Below, piece after piece: positions 11,131 through 21,109 of a stretch of DNA of 62,936 nt (position 1 is the stretch's first letter; the number at the start of each line of letters is the position of its first letter). Source of the DNA: an uncultured Deinococcales bacterium (GTDB lineage Bacteria > Deinococcota > Deinococci > Deinococcales > JAAFIG01); the NCBI GenBank assembly GCA_964247135.1, contig CAXTTL010000006.1:1-62936 (forward strand), read 5' to 3'. A model generated the notes under the pieces. It was given only the letters and a program-made list of their open reading frames with translations, made no database searches and was not told the origin of the DNA. Made by a program: the position numbers and the translations under genes.

Positions 11131-11427
11131 ATGGAAAATACAATTCATTGTTCTGTTCACGGGGAACGGCAAACAGCATTCGTTTGCACCCATCTTGCCG
11201 AATCACTCAAGACCACTCAACCTGTTGGTTTCTTTTACTCTGGCACTGTTGAAGAACACAGTGATGCTTGGTGTTTGACCTGCGAGGAAGTCAGGTTAAA
11301 AGAAGGTGGAGCATCTGGCGATTGGAACGAAAAATCTGAGGCGTTTGCTCAAATCACAATGATCTGCGAAGATTGTTACACGCGCATTGTTCGCATCAAC
11401 GAACCTTCGCTTCTTGCGGAAAATTAG
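11131..11427 (+). CDS. Small Cys/His-rich hypothetical protein (possible Zn binding)
   Basis: MENTIHCSVHG...VCTHL...WCLTCE...ICEDCY; GAGGG SD; 3' part of ORF 10882..11427. Confidence 0.7.
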   Translation: MENTIHCSVHGERQTAFVCTHLAESLKTTQPVGFFYSGTVEEHSDAWCLTCEEVRLKEGGASGDWNEKSEAFAQITMICEDCYTRIVRINEPSLLAEN

Positions 11428-11453
11428 CAACTCGAGAAAGCAAATAATAACCA

Positions 11454-11966
11454 ATGACCCAAATCCTTCAAGACCCCGTTTTTGGGCAACTCGAGCACAG
11501 CGAATTCAGCGACTATTGGTCGTGCGAACTGCCCATTCCGCCATGTCTGGCTCGAGCGGGTGGGGTTGACGTGTTTTACCTTTCGATCCTCGAATCCACG
11601 CCCGAAACGCAAACCCTTTGGCTTGAATTGCAAAGTCGTCCAGCCGCTTTTTCGGGTTTTTTGGCGCAAGCCATTTTCGCGTATTACCAAAAAAACCTGA
11701 CGGACTTCCGAAACGATTTGCCTGAAGAAGAACTCGAAACTCGAGCGCCAGAATTGACCAACGCGGATCAAGTTTGGGCTTTGCTGGGATTGCACACAAA
11801 CGTCATCAAACCGAACGAATCTGCGGTGTACCGTTTGGTGGTTGGACTTGAAGCCAAATGGCGACGACAGTGGGGAATGGCTTTGGTTTTTCAAGGCGAT
11901 CAACTCGGCATTGGCGAAGGTTTTACGCCTTGGGATGAACTGCTGCACTTTGATTTGCCAGTTTGA
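11454..11966 (+). CDS. Acidic hypothetical protein (DUF2004/DUF6985-like, uncertain)
   Basis: DPVFGQL N-terminus, LEAKW...GMALVF C-terminus. Confidence 0.55.
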   Translation: MTQILQDPVFGQLEHSEFSDYWSCELPIPPCLARAGGVDVFYLSILESTPETQTLWLELQSRPAAFSGFLAQAIFAYYQKNLTDFRNDLPEEELETRAPELTNADQVWALLGLHTNVIKPNESAVYRLVVGLEAKWRRQWGMALVFQGDQLGIGEGFTPWDELLHFDLPV

Positions 11967-11975
11967 ACTCGAGCA

Positions 11976-13286
11976 TCAACTCAGGGCATCTGGTATCTCG
12001 AGTTCGACATTTCTGGCGGCAGGGCGCAAGTACCCCCCGAATCCGGTCAGGCTGTTTAAAATCCCAAAGATCACAAACATTGCCGCAAAACCTCGACCTG
12101 GGGCAGCGCCGAGCAACCAACTGAGTCTTGAGCCTAAAGCGCCGTTCATGACGGGGGTGAAGACTTTATCGGCAAGAGGTCCCCCGATCAGGGCGGCGAT
12201 GGGTCCAGTGATTTGGGCGATCTGACGACGCGCGGTAAAAACGCGTCCTTGAATGTCACCTGGGGTTTTGGCTTGCCAAATGCTCTGCGAGCAACCGTTC
12301 AGCACGGGGATGAAAAAACCTGCAAAAAAGTTTGAGAGCATCCAAATGGGTGTGCTGTGTGCCAAGCCAACCAAACTCTGCCCCAAAAGACCTGATAGCC
12401 CAAGACCCAAGAACACCCCGTGAACTCGAGGTTTGGGACCGCCTGTCGAGGTCATGTAGATGCCTCCAAGCAACACGCCGACTCCAAATGCCGCGCCAAC
12501 AATGCCCAGGATGCTCGAGCTTCCAGTGCGAGCCAGAATCAATGGCGTTTGCAGTTCGCCAATGATGCCGCCCAGAAAGTTCACGCCAGAAAACGTGATC
12601 AGCAAACTGAGCAAACCAGGGCGCTCGAGGATGAAACGAAATCCATCTTTGACTTGCGCCAGAATGCCAGCGCCTTTCATACTCGAGCCTTCCTGACTTT
12701 GGCTTGGGCGTGGAATGCGAATCAGCAACAACGTGAGCAATTCAAACGCGAAGCTGACCAAATCAAGCAGCACCACGCCCACAATGCCAATGGTGGTGAC
12801 GAGCACCCCACCCAAAATCGGGGCGAGCAAATCGGTCACGCCGCTCGAGATCGAGAACAAACCGTTGGCTTGCCCAAGTTGGTCTTTATGCACCAAAACG
12901 CTGATCGAGCTGGCTTCGGCAGGGTATTGAAAAGTTTCTGTTGCACTTGAAAACGCCAAAATTGCGTAAATCATCCAGAGTTGAATGTCGCCGCGCAACA
13001 GCAAATAAAACAGGCTCGAGAGTAACAAATGCCCGATGCAAACCAACAGCAAAACTTGGCGGCGGTCAGAGCGGTCCACGATCACACCCGCGAACGGCGC
13101 GAGCACAACCCCAGGCAGAAAACCAAAAATGGCGGATAAAAAAAGCGGGGTTGCCTGCCCCGTTTTCTGGTACAACCACACGCCAACCGCGAAGGCGGTC
13201 AACCTCGAGCCGAGTTGCGAGACGCTCTGCCCAGACCACATGGTTAAAAACGAGCGACCACCCGCGCTGGCAAGCAATTGATTCAC
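11976..13286 (-). CDS. MFS efflux transporter (DHA3/macrolide-efflux-like)
   Basis: WSGQSVSQLGS, AGVIVDRSDRR, QGRVF; about 12 hydrophobic segments; start reassigned to GTG 13286, which overlaps the upstream TGA (GTGA). Confidence 0.88.
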   Translation of the reverse strand: MNQLLASAGGRSFLTMWSGQSVSQLGSRLTAFAVGVWLYQKTGQATPLFLSAIFGFLPGVVLAPFAGVIVDRSDRRQVLLLVCIGHLLLSSLFYLLLRGDIQLWMIYAILAFSSATETFQYPAEASSISVLVHKDQLGQANGLFSISSGVTDLLAPILGGVLVTTIGIVGVVLLDLVSFAFELLTLLLIRIPRPSQSQEGSSMKGAGILAQVKDGFRFILERPGLLSLLITFSGVNFLGGIIGELQTPLILARTGSSSILGIVGAAFGVGVLLGGIYMTSTGGPKPRVHGVFLGLGLSGLLGQSLVGLAHSTPIWMLSNFFAGFFIPVLNGCSQSIWQAKTPGDIQGRVFTARRQIAQITGPIAALIGGPLADKVFTPVMNGALGSRLSWLLGAAPGRGFAAMFVIFGILNSLTGFGGYLRPAARNVELEIPDALS

Positions 13287-13459
13287 TCGAGTTCCTCGGG
13301 CTTGACGGGCTTGTCGCGTTTGCGTTTGTAGGCTCGAGCGTTGTCTTGCGTGATTTCGACACGTTTGATCTCGTGACCTTTGGCGACTTTGGGCTTCACC
13401 AAACCAGTCATGTCTTTCAGTTTCTCGAGGTCTTTGATTTTCATCTTTTGACGCGGCAT
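13283..13459 (-). CDS. 58-aa basic small protein, not in the ORF track
   Basis: MPRQKMKIKDLEKLKDMTGLVKPKVAKGHEIKRVEITQDNARAYKRKRDKPVKPEELE; TACAAT six nt before ATG; stop overlaps the MFS start. Confidence 0.75.
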   Translation of the reverse strand: MPRQKMKIKDLEKLKDMTGLVKPKVAKGHEIKRVEITQDNARAYKRKRDKPVKPEELE

Positions 13460-13545
13460 AAAATGATTGTAATTGCTCGAGCTGCAAAACCGATATGCAG
13501 TTTGGCGTACTTGCGAACGCCTTCTGTCAGTCGTAACCTAAATCC

Positions 13546-13983
13546 ATGACCGACACCCCGCGCTCTGTAAACAACACCACGCGGGTATTTTTTGCCGAAG
13601 ACAACCCCGACCATGCGTACCTGATACGGCGCTGCCTCGAGCCGCTCGGACTTGACTTGCATCATGCCAGCGACGGCGAAAGCGCACTCGAGCAACTGCG
13701 GCACTGGCGCGGCAGCAAACCCAATTTCGTGCTGCTCGATTTGAACCTGCCACGCATGAGCGGTCTGGAAGTCCTGAGTGCCCTTCGCGCCAACCCTCAA
13801 CTCAAAAGCGTTCCAGTCGTGGTCTTCAGCACCTCAAGACTCAATTCGGACGTGGCTCGAGCTTACGAAAATGGCGCGAACAGTTTTGTGGTGAAACCCG
13901 CCAAGTTCGGGGATTTCAGGGAATTATTGATCGAGGTGGCAAATTACTGGATCAAGATCAACAACGTGGTGGAGGGAATATAG
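13546..13983 (+). CDS. Single-domain response regulator (Rcp-like)
   Basis: AEDNPD, LLDLNLPRMSG, FSTS, AYENGANSFVVKP. Confidence 0.9.
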   Translation: MTDTPRSVNNTTRVFFAEDNPDHAYLIRRCLEPLGLDLHHASDGESALEQLRHWRGSKPNFVLLDLNLPRMSGLEVLSALRANPQLKSVPVVVFSTSRLNSDVARAYENGANSFVVKPAKFGDFRELLIEVANYWIKINNVVEGI

Positions 13984-14013
13984 CCAGTTTTCAGCGGGAA
14001 GCCAATTCAAGGT

Positions 14014-14452
14014 TTACAACTCGAGTTTTAATGCTTCGAGCAGTTTCTCGAGTGCGGGAAGCAAGATGTTGTACACCGCTTGGTAATCTTCCAAACCGCC
14101 ATAATACGGGTCTGGCACTTCGGTTTTCTCGAGCATTAATCTTGTTTTGTCTTGCGTGTTGGGTAGCATGTGCGCCAGGTTTGCCAGGTTGTGATGGTCG
14201 GCTGCCAAAATCAAAGCTTGCATCGGACGGGCGCACCTGTCGGGCGGCGTGTTTGAACCCTGCATCGTGAAGCTCGAGCACTTTGACGGTTTTTAGGTGC
14301 GCAGGCTCGCCTTCGTGCCAGTTGCCCGTGCCAGCCGAATCAATTTGAAATTGATGCTCGAGGTTTTGGTCGCGCAGAAGTTTGCGGAAGATGCCTTGTG
14401 CCATTGGGCTGCGGCAAATGTTGCCCGCACAGACGAACAAAATGCGTTTCAC
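14014..14452 (-). pseudogene. Low-molecular-weight protein tyrosine phosphatase, frameshifted near 14210
   Basis: N-half CAGNICRSP...ARQV in one frame; C-half LILAAD...VPDPYYG in another. Confidence 0.85.
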
Positions 14453-15039
14453 AAGCCTGAACGAATGTCAGCCAGGGTTTTGTGCTCGAAGGTAATTTCG
14501 GAAAATGTGGCGCTGCAAGATTCACCGATTGGGGCTTGCACCAAAAACCCGACTTTTGCCATTCCAAGCTCGAGCGCAAACGCCCGAATCATGTGCCAGA
14601 GTTTGGCATCGTTCGAGAAGTGAAACGCGAACCCAGTGTTGATCCTCGAGACGCGCAAATAGACACTGTGACCGTCAATAAAAACCGAGTTGCAATCGTC
14701 CGATGTGCCTTTGGTCACGACGCTGACCACCATCGGGTCTTGCTTTGGCGAATACTCGAAGCAGAGTTTTGCCCAACTGGTTTCGTGTTGGTAGACAACC
14801 AACACGCCAGCGTCAAATGTGCCTGCAAAATCCACGGTCACTCGAGCCGAAAGCGTGAAGTCTTGGTTATTCTCAAACACCAGCATTGGCGTATTGAAGC
14901 TTTTGTTGCTTGAGAGTGGGTCAACAAACAAATCGGTTTTTGCCCCAGCCACAGCGGTTAAAACGTTATCGCTGATGTTCCAATCTTGCGGCTCGAGATG
15001 CCAGGTTAAAGGCGCGGGAATCGGGGAGAGTTGAATCAT
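14449..15039 (-). CDS. DUF1349-family (concanavalin-like) protein
   Basis: TDLF, FDAG, WAKLCFE, SVVTKGTSDD; leaderless after TAGAAT. Confidence 0.82.
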   Translation of the reverse strand: MIQLSPIPAPLTWHLEPQDWNISDNVLTAVAGAKTDLFVDPLSSNKSFNTPMLVFENNQDFTLSARVTVDFAGTFDAGVLVVYQHETSWAKLCFEYSPKQDPMVVSVVTKGTSDDCNSVFIDGHSVYLRVSRINTGFAFHFSNDAKLWHMIRAFALELGMAKVGFLVQAPIGESCSATFSEITFEHKTLADIRSGL

Positions 15040-15102
15040 GGTTTATTCTAGCGCAAGAAAAAATCTCGAGCTTTGAACTATGCTTTATTGTGGGGTATCG
15101 CT

Positions 15103-15279
15103 ATGACTGAACCTAAAGAGCTTGATGAAAACGTGATCTCGAACAAAGAACTTGATGCTGCTTTGCTCAAGGCGTTGCCTGCACTTTCAGGCGCAAAATT
15201 TTCAAGCGACGAAGAGGCAGATGCTTATGCCGTCAAAATTGTCCGAGATGTGCGTGCTTCAAGTGCAAAAACAGAATAA
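15103..15279 (+). CDS. Small hypothetical protein (58 aa)
   Basis: GGGGT SD-like motif before ATG; helical acidic/basic sequence; followed by a CTCGAG-stem hairpin at 15284-15311. Confidence 0.5.
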   Translation: MTEPKELDENVISNKELDAALLKALPALSGAKFSSDEEADAYAVKIVRDVRASSAKTE

Positions 15280-15328
15280 AGAAAATCTCGAGCTTTTAAA
15301 GGCTCGAGATTCATATTTAAAGCGTCTT

Positions 15329-16372
15329 TTATCGTTCTCGAGGGTCGAGCGCATCACGCAAGGCTGCGCCCAGAAGATTCCAACTCAGGCTGAACAAAAT
15401 GATGGTGATGGCTGGAAAGAACGTGATGTACCAGTACGCGAAAGGGTTGCCTGGTGGTCCTTGAATCCAACTGCGGGCGAAGTTAATCAGTTGCCCCCAA
15501 TCGGCAAAACCCACGGGCAAACCCAAGCCCAGAAAACTGAGTCCAGCCGCCCCGAGTGGCACGGTTCCCAAGTCCAGCACGACCAGCACAGTCAGGGTGG
15601 TCAGGGTGTTGGGCAGGATGTGGCGAAAAATAATGCGGGCATCACCGACGCCCAATGCCCTTGCGCCGTCAATAAACTCGAGCGCTCGGGTTTTGAGGAT
15701 TTCGCCACGTAAAACTCGAGCGTATCCAGCCCAGCCCGTGATCGAAAATGCAATGATGATCGTGACCAGGCTCGGTTTGAGGATGGTAATGAGCACTACG
15801 GTCAGAATCAAGCCTGGGAAGGCAAAAATCACGTCGATAAATCGCATGATCAGGTTGTCGATCCAGCCGCCGAAATATCCGGCAATTGAACCAATCACAA
15901 TGCCAATAAAAACCGTGATAAATTCGACGGCGAGCGCCAGCACAAAAGCAATCCGTGTTCCCCAGACGATGCCGTACCAGACATCGTAACCGTTGCTTGT
16001 GCCCAGGGTTGCCGTGTATTTCGTGCCGTCAACATCAATCACCGATCCTGGCGGTTTGGGTTGGGGCGAGTAATCAAGACGAAAAATCTGGTAGCAACTG
16101 GTCGGCGAGGCAAACATGGCTTTCCAGAAGACGGCACCAAAAACGTTGTACACCTGGGTGCTTTGTGTGCCGTTCAGGTCTCGCAGGCAGTTGCCTTTGG
16201 GTGTGGCGATCAGCGGCGCAAAAATGGCGGTCAGTACAAAGACAATCACCATGAACAAACCCGCCACGGCGAGGCGGTTGCGTCTGAAACGGCGCACGAC
16301 CCGAGAAGTCCAGAAGGTTTCGACTTTTTCCTGGCTTAATGCGCTGGCGGGGACGGGACTGGCGATGCTCAT
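15329..16372 (-). CDS. Peptide ABC transporter permease (OppC/DppC)
   Basis: RRFRRNRLA, EFIDGARALG EAA loop, RHILPN, LRDALDPR. Confidence 0.93.
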   Translation of the reverse strand: MSIASPVPASALSQEKVETFWTSRVVRRFRRNRLAVAGLFMVIVFVLTAIFAPLIATPKGNCLRDLNGTQSTQVYNVFGAVFWKAMFASPTSCYQIFRLDYSPQPKPPGSVIDVDGTKYTATLGTSNGYDVWYGIVWGTRIAFVLALAVEFITVFIGIVIGSIAGYFGGWIDNLIMRFIDVIFAFPGLILTVVLITILKPSLVTIIIAFSITGWAGYARVLRGEILKTRALEFIDGARALGVGDARIIFRHILPNTLTTLTVLVVLDLGTVPLGAAGLSFLGLGLPVGFADWGQLINFARSWIQGPPGNPFAYWYITFFPAITIILFSLSWNLLGAALRDALDPRER

Positions 16373-17400
16373 TAATCAAACCTCACTCGAGGGTCTACCA
16401 GGGTGTACATCACGTCGGCGATCAGGTTGCCAAGCACGGCAATGATTGCCGAGATCAGGGCAAAGCCCATCACGCCGGCGATGTCAAAGCGGCTGGCGGC
16501 GTCTGCCGCCCATGAGCCAATCCCTGGGTAGGCGAAAATGTATTCGGTAAACAGTGCTCCGCCCAGCAAACCTTGAATCACAAAACTGCCCAGTGTGACA
16601 ATCGGCAGCAGTGCATTTCGGCGGGCGTGTTTGGAATTGACCACCGATTCGGTCAAGCCTTTGGCGCGGGCGGTGCGGATGTAATCGAGTTTCATGATCT
16701 CGAGAAAACCCGAACGCATGACCAGCACAATGTTGGCGCTGATGACGGTCGCAAGGGTAATCACAGGCATGATGAGGTGTTTGACCACATCCCAGAAGAT
16801 TGCAAAATTACCTGCCAGCAGCGCGTCAATGCTGAGCATTCCGGTACGGGTCGGCACCGCGCCCGTGGAGAGCGCAATCAGGCTTTCAGTGGAGGTATTG
16901 CCAGGTCCAGGCATGATGCCAAGCTGCCCGTAAAAGAACACCAGCAACAAAATGCCCAGTACGAATGTCGGAATGCTGTAACCGATCACGGCGACCACGC
17001 GAATGACCTGATCGATCAGTTTGTCTTTGTTTAAGGCGGCGGCAGTCCCCAGCGTCACGCCGACAAAAATAATCAAGCCAGAGGCGTACAGCGCCAACTC
17101 GAGGGTGCTCGGGAAACGCTCGAGGATGGTTTGCAGCACGGGTTTTGCCGAGGCTTTGGAAAAACCCAGATCGCCGTGCAACGCCCGATCAAGCCAATGC
17201 CAGTATTGAACAAAAAATGGTTTGTCCAGACCGTTGTTGCGAATGATGATGTCAATGTTTTGCAGTTGGTGCTCGTTGGTGATGAACGCCAGCGCCCGTT
17301 CTTGCGGGGTTAAAAATTGCATCAGCCCAACAATCAACATGGTGACCGCCAAAATAACGATTGGCAACATGATTAAACGCCTGAAAATAAATTGAAACAC
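16372..17400 (-). CDS. Peptide ABC transporter permease (OppB/DppB)
   Basis: GDLG, RFPSTLEL, DYIRTARAKG, DPRVR. Confidence 0.93.
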   Translation of the reverse strand: MFQFIFRRLIMLPIVILAVTMLIVGLMQFLTPQERALAFITNEHQLQNIDIIIRNNGLDKPFFVQYWHWLDRALHGDLGFSKASAKPVLQTILERFPSTLELALYASGLIIFVGVTLGTAAALNKDKLIDQVIRVVAVIGYSIPTFVLGILLLVFFYGQLGIMPGPGNTSTESLIALSTGAVPTRTGMLSIDALLAGNFAIFWDVVKHLIMPVITLATVISANIVLVMRSGFLEIMKLDYIRTARAKGLTESVVNSKHARRNALLPIVTLGSFVIQGLLGGALFTEYIFAYPGIGSWAADAASRFDIAGVMGFALISAIIAVLGNLIADVMYTLVDPRVRFD

Positions 17401-17433
17401 TCGAGTTTTCCTCTTTTGTTTTGAGTTTGAAAT

Positions 17434-17470
17434 AAAAAAATGGGCAGAATGGGTTTTCCCATTCTGCCCA
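17434..17470 (-). terminator. Strong hairpin with U-tract between the SBP and permease genes
   Basis: TGGGCAGAATGGG-N4-CCCATTCTGCCCA followed on the minus strand by T7. Confidence 0.8.
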
Positions 17471-17478
17471 AAACAACC

Positions 17479-19197
17479 TTACTTCGAGAGGTTCTTCCAG
17501 TACGTGCCCTGGTCGCTGCCCGAAAGCATGATGTTGTAATTGTCGGCGTCAACGCCCTTGATGCTGCTGTTGAAGACGGTGAAGCCAATACCGGCTGGCA
17601 TCAGGATGTACGGTGCGAGTTCGTTGGCGCGGCGTCCGACGAGTTTGTAGAATGCGGCGCGTTTTGCGCGGTCGGTGGTGGCGCTGGCTTGGTCGATCAG
17701 CTTGTCGATGGTCGAATCGCTGAAGTTCGAGCGCCTGTGGTAGTAACCTTCGGTGTGGTAGAAGGTGCGAATAAAGTTGTCGGGATCGGCGTAATCTGGA
17801 ACCCAACCGACGATAATCATGGCTTCTTTACCGGCTTGGCTGTCCTTGAGGAACTCTGACCAAGGCTTGGCGCTCAATTCCACATGGAATTTGGGATTGA
17901 TCTTTTCGACGTTGGCTTTCAGGATTTCCATGGCTGCCTGAGCACCGACGCTGCCTGCACGGTAACGTGCTTGCATGACAAAACCATTCTTCCAGACTTG
18001 ACCGCCGAAGGCTTTTTGGAAGTTGCCCCTGGCAAGTTCTGGGTTGTAGGTGTACGGTTTGATGGTCGGGTCGTAACCAAAGAAGCTGTCTGGCAGCAAC
18101 ATGGTGCGCAATGAACCCTTGCCGACCAGTTGTTCTTTGATGTATTTTTCGGGATCAAAAGCATACGAGAAACCCTTGCGAACGTTGACGTCCGAGAAGA
18201 AGTTGGCTGGAATGCCCTTGCCGTCAAGCTTGCCACTGCCCAGGTTCTCTGGGTTCTTGATGTTTTCGTTCATGAACATGCCGGTCGAAACATTGTTTGG
18301 AATGTTGTCCAAGACTTTGATGTTCGGTGAACCGACCAATTGTGAGAGCGTGGCTCGAGGTCCGGTCTCGGCGAAATCGGCATCGCCTTTTTTGATGGCT
18401 TCGATGCGGGTCGCGTTTTCTTTGACCACTTGAATCACGACGTTTTGAATCTTTGGCTTGTCGCCCCAGTAACCGTCGAAGGCTTTAAAGACCAAGGTGT
18501 TTGGGTCGCGCTTGACCATCTGGTATGCGCCCGTGCCCGAAGGCTTTTTGGACAGTTCGGAATCGCTTAAATCCTTGCCGATCCAGTCCTTCCAGGTCTT
18601 TTCCGTGCCGTCCCACTCGCCCAAGCCGATTGCCCATTTCTTGTCAACAATGCTGAGGTTGTTGGCAGCCAATTTGACCAGCAGGGCTGGGTCTGGCTTT
18701 GACATGCTCAAGACCAATTGACCTTTGCTGTTGCAACTGACGGCTTTGCTGATTCTGGCATAAGTGATTGAGGTATCATCGGCGGCGTTTGATTGAGAAT
18801 TGAGGAGCGCATCCGCCAAGTACCAGATACCAGAATCGGGGTTGTTGACGACCAGGTCGCGCTCGAGGGTATATTCGGCATCGTCGCAGCTAAACGCATT
18901 GCCGCTTTGGAATTTGACGTTCTTGCGCAGGTTAAACGTGTAAGTCTTGCCATCGCCCGAAATCTTCCAATCGGTGGCGAGCGCCGGCTCAAGTTCGCTG
19001 ACGCTCTTGCCCTTGTACTGCACCAAGGTTTCGTAAACGTTCTCGATCACGCCGCCCGAAGAGGTGTCATAATCCTGTTCGGGGTCAAGGGTTGGAATGT
19101 CTGCGCCCTGCATGAACACGATGGTGTTGCTTGGCACTGCCGCGAAGGCAATACCCAAACCAAGTGCGCCCAAAGCCATTAACAATCTCTTTTTCAT
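17479..19197 (-). CDS. Peptide ABC transporter substrate-binding protein (family 5)
   Basis: Signal peptide MKKRLLMAL; TLDP, YETLV, LATDW, GTGAY, WVPDYADP; AGGAGGA SD. Confidence 0.93.
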   Translation of the reverse strand: MKKRLLMALGALGLGIAFAAVPSNTIVFMQGADIPTLDPEQDYDTSSGGVIENVYETLVQYKGKSVSELEPALATDWKISGDGKTYTFNLRKNVKFQSGNAFSCDDAEYTLERDLVVNNPDSGIWYLADALLNSQSNAADDTSITYARISKAVSCNSKGQLVLSMSKPDPALLVKLAANNLSIVDKKWAIGLGEWDGTEKTWKDWIGKDLSDSELSKKPSGTGAYQMVKRDPNTLVFKAFDGYWGDKPKIQNVVIQVVKENATRIEAIKKGDADFAETGPRATLSQLVGSPNIKVLDNIPNNVSTGMFMNENIKNPENLGSGKLDGKGIPANFFSDVNVRKGFSYAFDPEKYIKEQLVGKGSLRTMLLPDSFFGYDPTIKPYTYNPELARGNFQKAFGGQVWKNGFVMQARYRAGSVGAQAAMEILKANVEKINPKFHVELSAKPWSEFLKDSQAGKEAMIIVGWVPDYADPDNFIRTFYHTEGYYHRRSNFSDSTIDKLIDQASATTDRAKRAAFYKLVGRRANELAPYILMPAGIGFTVFNSSIKGVDADNYNIMLSGSDQGTYWKNLSK

Positions 19198-19297
19198 ACT
19201 CCTCCTTGTGGTGCGGTCTAGCACTTTGGAAATACACCCGTACCAAGAAAATGGTTTCTCGAGGGTGGGCAAATTTCCGTTAGGCGGTAGTTTAGCA

Positions 19298-19317
19298 GAA
19301 ATGGCTTAAGCCATTTC
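19298..19317. promoter_or_regulatory. Perfect 20-bp palindrome, candidate operator between divergent SBP genes
   Basis: GAAATGGCTTAAGCCATTTC, immediately upstream of a minus-strand TGcTAAACT extended -10. Confidence 0.5.
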
Positions 19318-19504
19318 AACTACGTCAAAAGTGTGACAGCTCTTTGTGCCAGAGATTTCAATTCCAAAGGGTGGCTTCAGTAACCACTCATACATGTTGT
19401 CCAAGAATGAATGCTATCCTGAGGGCACGTTAAGTGCCCCTGCCAAGACTAGAGGCAAATCTCGAGTCCATAATTTATGAAGGAATTCCCAATTTGGAGG
19501 AGTT

Positions 19505-21037
19505 ATGCGAAAACGGTATTTGACAGCAGCGTTTGCCATTCCAGCCCTGGCAGTCTTCGCCGCGACCAGCCACGGTCAAACGGGTACGCCCGCCCCAGTG
19601 CGCGGCGGTATACTCACGGTCGCCATGAACGTCGAACCCGCACTGTTAGACCCGACCCAAGGTGCCGGCGCGGAAATCGTGCGCATGATGCACCAAAACG
19701 TGCTCGAGGGTTTGATGGGATTTTCGGACACGGGTAAGGTCATTCCAGCACTCGCGTCACAACTGCCCATCATCAGCAAAGACCGTCTCGAGTACACGAT
19801 TAAACTGCGCAAAGGCGTGAAGTTTCATGATGGCAGCGCGTTTAGCGCCAGCGACGTGAAAGCCAATTTTGACCGCGCCAAAGATCCCAAATCGGGTCAC
19901 ACCAGCCCGACCTATTACGAAAACATTGCCAGCGTCAGCACCCCAGATGCGAACACGGTGGTTTTCAAACTGACCAAACCCAACAACGAATTCTTGTACA
20001 CCCTGGCACGAGCCGAAAGCATCATCGAACCAGAAGAACTGATTGCCACCCCCGCCGGACTCGAGAAACTGAAAAACAACCCGATTGGCACCGGACCGTT
20101 CAAGCTCGGCACCTGGACCCGAGGCTCGAGCATTAAAATTGATCGCAACCCCGATTATTACATCTCGGGCTTGCCGTACCTGGACAGCGTTAATTTTAGG
20201 TTCCTGGGCGACGATCAAAACGCCAAGGTCGCTGGTTTGCGCTCGGGCGATATTGACGTGATTGGCTACAACGTGCCAGCCGAACAGGTTGCTAACCTCA
20301 AAGCCGACCCCAACATCAAAGTCTATTCCGGTCCAAGTTCTGGCGAAATCACGGTCAGTATGAACAACAAACGCAAGCCATTCGATAACCTTGACGTGCG
20401 CCGTGCGTTCACTTACGCCATGAACAAAAAAGAAATTGTGGACGGCGCGTTCTTCGGGCAAGGCACGGTCATTGGTTCGTTTAACTCGCCAGGACAACCG
20501 TATTATGTTGACCTTTCCAAAAAATATCCGTACAACCCCGAACGAGCCACAGCCTTGCTGAAAAAAGCGGGCGTGACCAACCTGAAAGTCAAGTTCACGG
20601 TCGCCAACGAATTCCCGATTGAACGCCGCACCGCCGAAGTGTACGCCGCGCAACTGGCAAAAGTCGGCGTCACCGCCGAGATCGAGCTGGTACCGTTCAA
20701 CACCTGGATTCAAAAAGTCTTTTTAAACAAAGATTACGACATGACCATCATCGGGCACGCCGAAAGCTTTGACCTTGACCGTTACGCCAGGGACGGCTAT
20801 TACTTCAACTGGGACAACACCAAATACAAGGCACTCTACGAGAAAGCACTTGTGACCGGCAGCGATGTCGAACGCAACCAACTCTACATTCAAATGCAGT
20901 ACCTGCTGGCGGACCAAGCCCCAGGCGTTTGGGCGTTCAGTGCGCCCTACATTGCCGCGACTCGAGCCAACGTTTACGGGTGGCAGGCGATTGCGGTTTC
21001 TAACCTGAGCGTGGTGAAGGTCTTCAAGACCAAGTAA
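19505..21037 (+). CDS. Second family-5 ABC substrate-binding protein
   Basis: Signal peptide; LRKGVKFHDG, PIGTGPF, PFDNLDVRRA. Confidence 0.92.
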   Translation: MRKRYLTAAFAIPALAVFAATSHGQTGTPAPVRGGILTVAMNVEPALLDPTQGAGAEIVRMMHQNVLEGLMGFSDTGKVIPALASQLPIISKDRLEYTIKLRKGVKFHDGSAFSASDVKANFDRAKDPKSGHTSPTYYENIASVSTPDANTVVFKLTKPNNEFLYTLARAESIIEPEELIATPAGLEKLKNNPIGTGPFKLGTWTRGSSIKIDRNPDYYISGLPYLDSVNFRFLGDDQNAKVAGLRSGDIDVIGYNVPAEQVANLKADPNIKVYSGPSSGEITVSMNNKRKPFDNLDVRRAFTYAMNKKEIVDGAFFGQGTVIGSFNSPGQPYYVDLSKKYPYNPERATALLKKAGVTNLKVKFTVANEFPIERRTAEVYAAQLAKVGVTAEIELVPFNTWIQKVFLNKDYDMTIIGHAESFDLDRYARDGYYFNWDNTKYKALYEKALVTGSDVERNQLYIQMQYLLADQAPGVWAFSAPYIAATRANVYGWQAIAVSNLSVVKVFKTK

Positions 21038-21048
21038 AGCTCGTTCTA

Positions 21049-21093
21049 CCCTCATCCCCAACCCTTCTCCCAACATCGGGAGAAGGGGGTTTT
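21049..21093 (+). terminator. CCCTCATCCCC-type hairpin repeat, probably acting as terminator
   Basis: CCCTTCTCCC-AACATC-GGGAGAAGGG then TTTT, just after the SBP stop. Confidence 0.6.
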
Positions 21094-21109
21094 ATTGTTT
21101 GCTCGAGAG

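Noticed and set aside
13287-13487. N-terminal extension of the MFS in the ORF track
   Set aside because: Better explained by the separate 58-aa gene in another frame with its own -10
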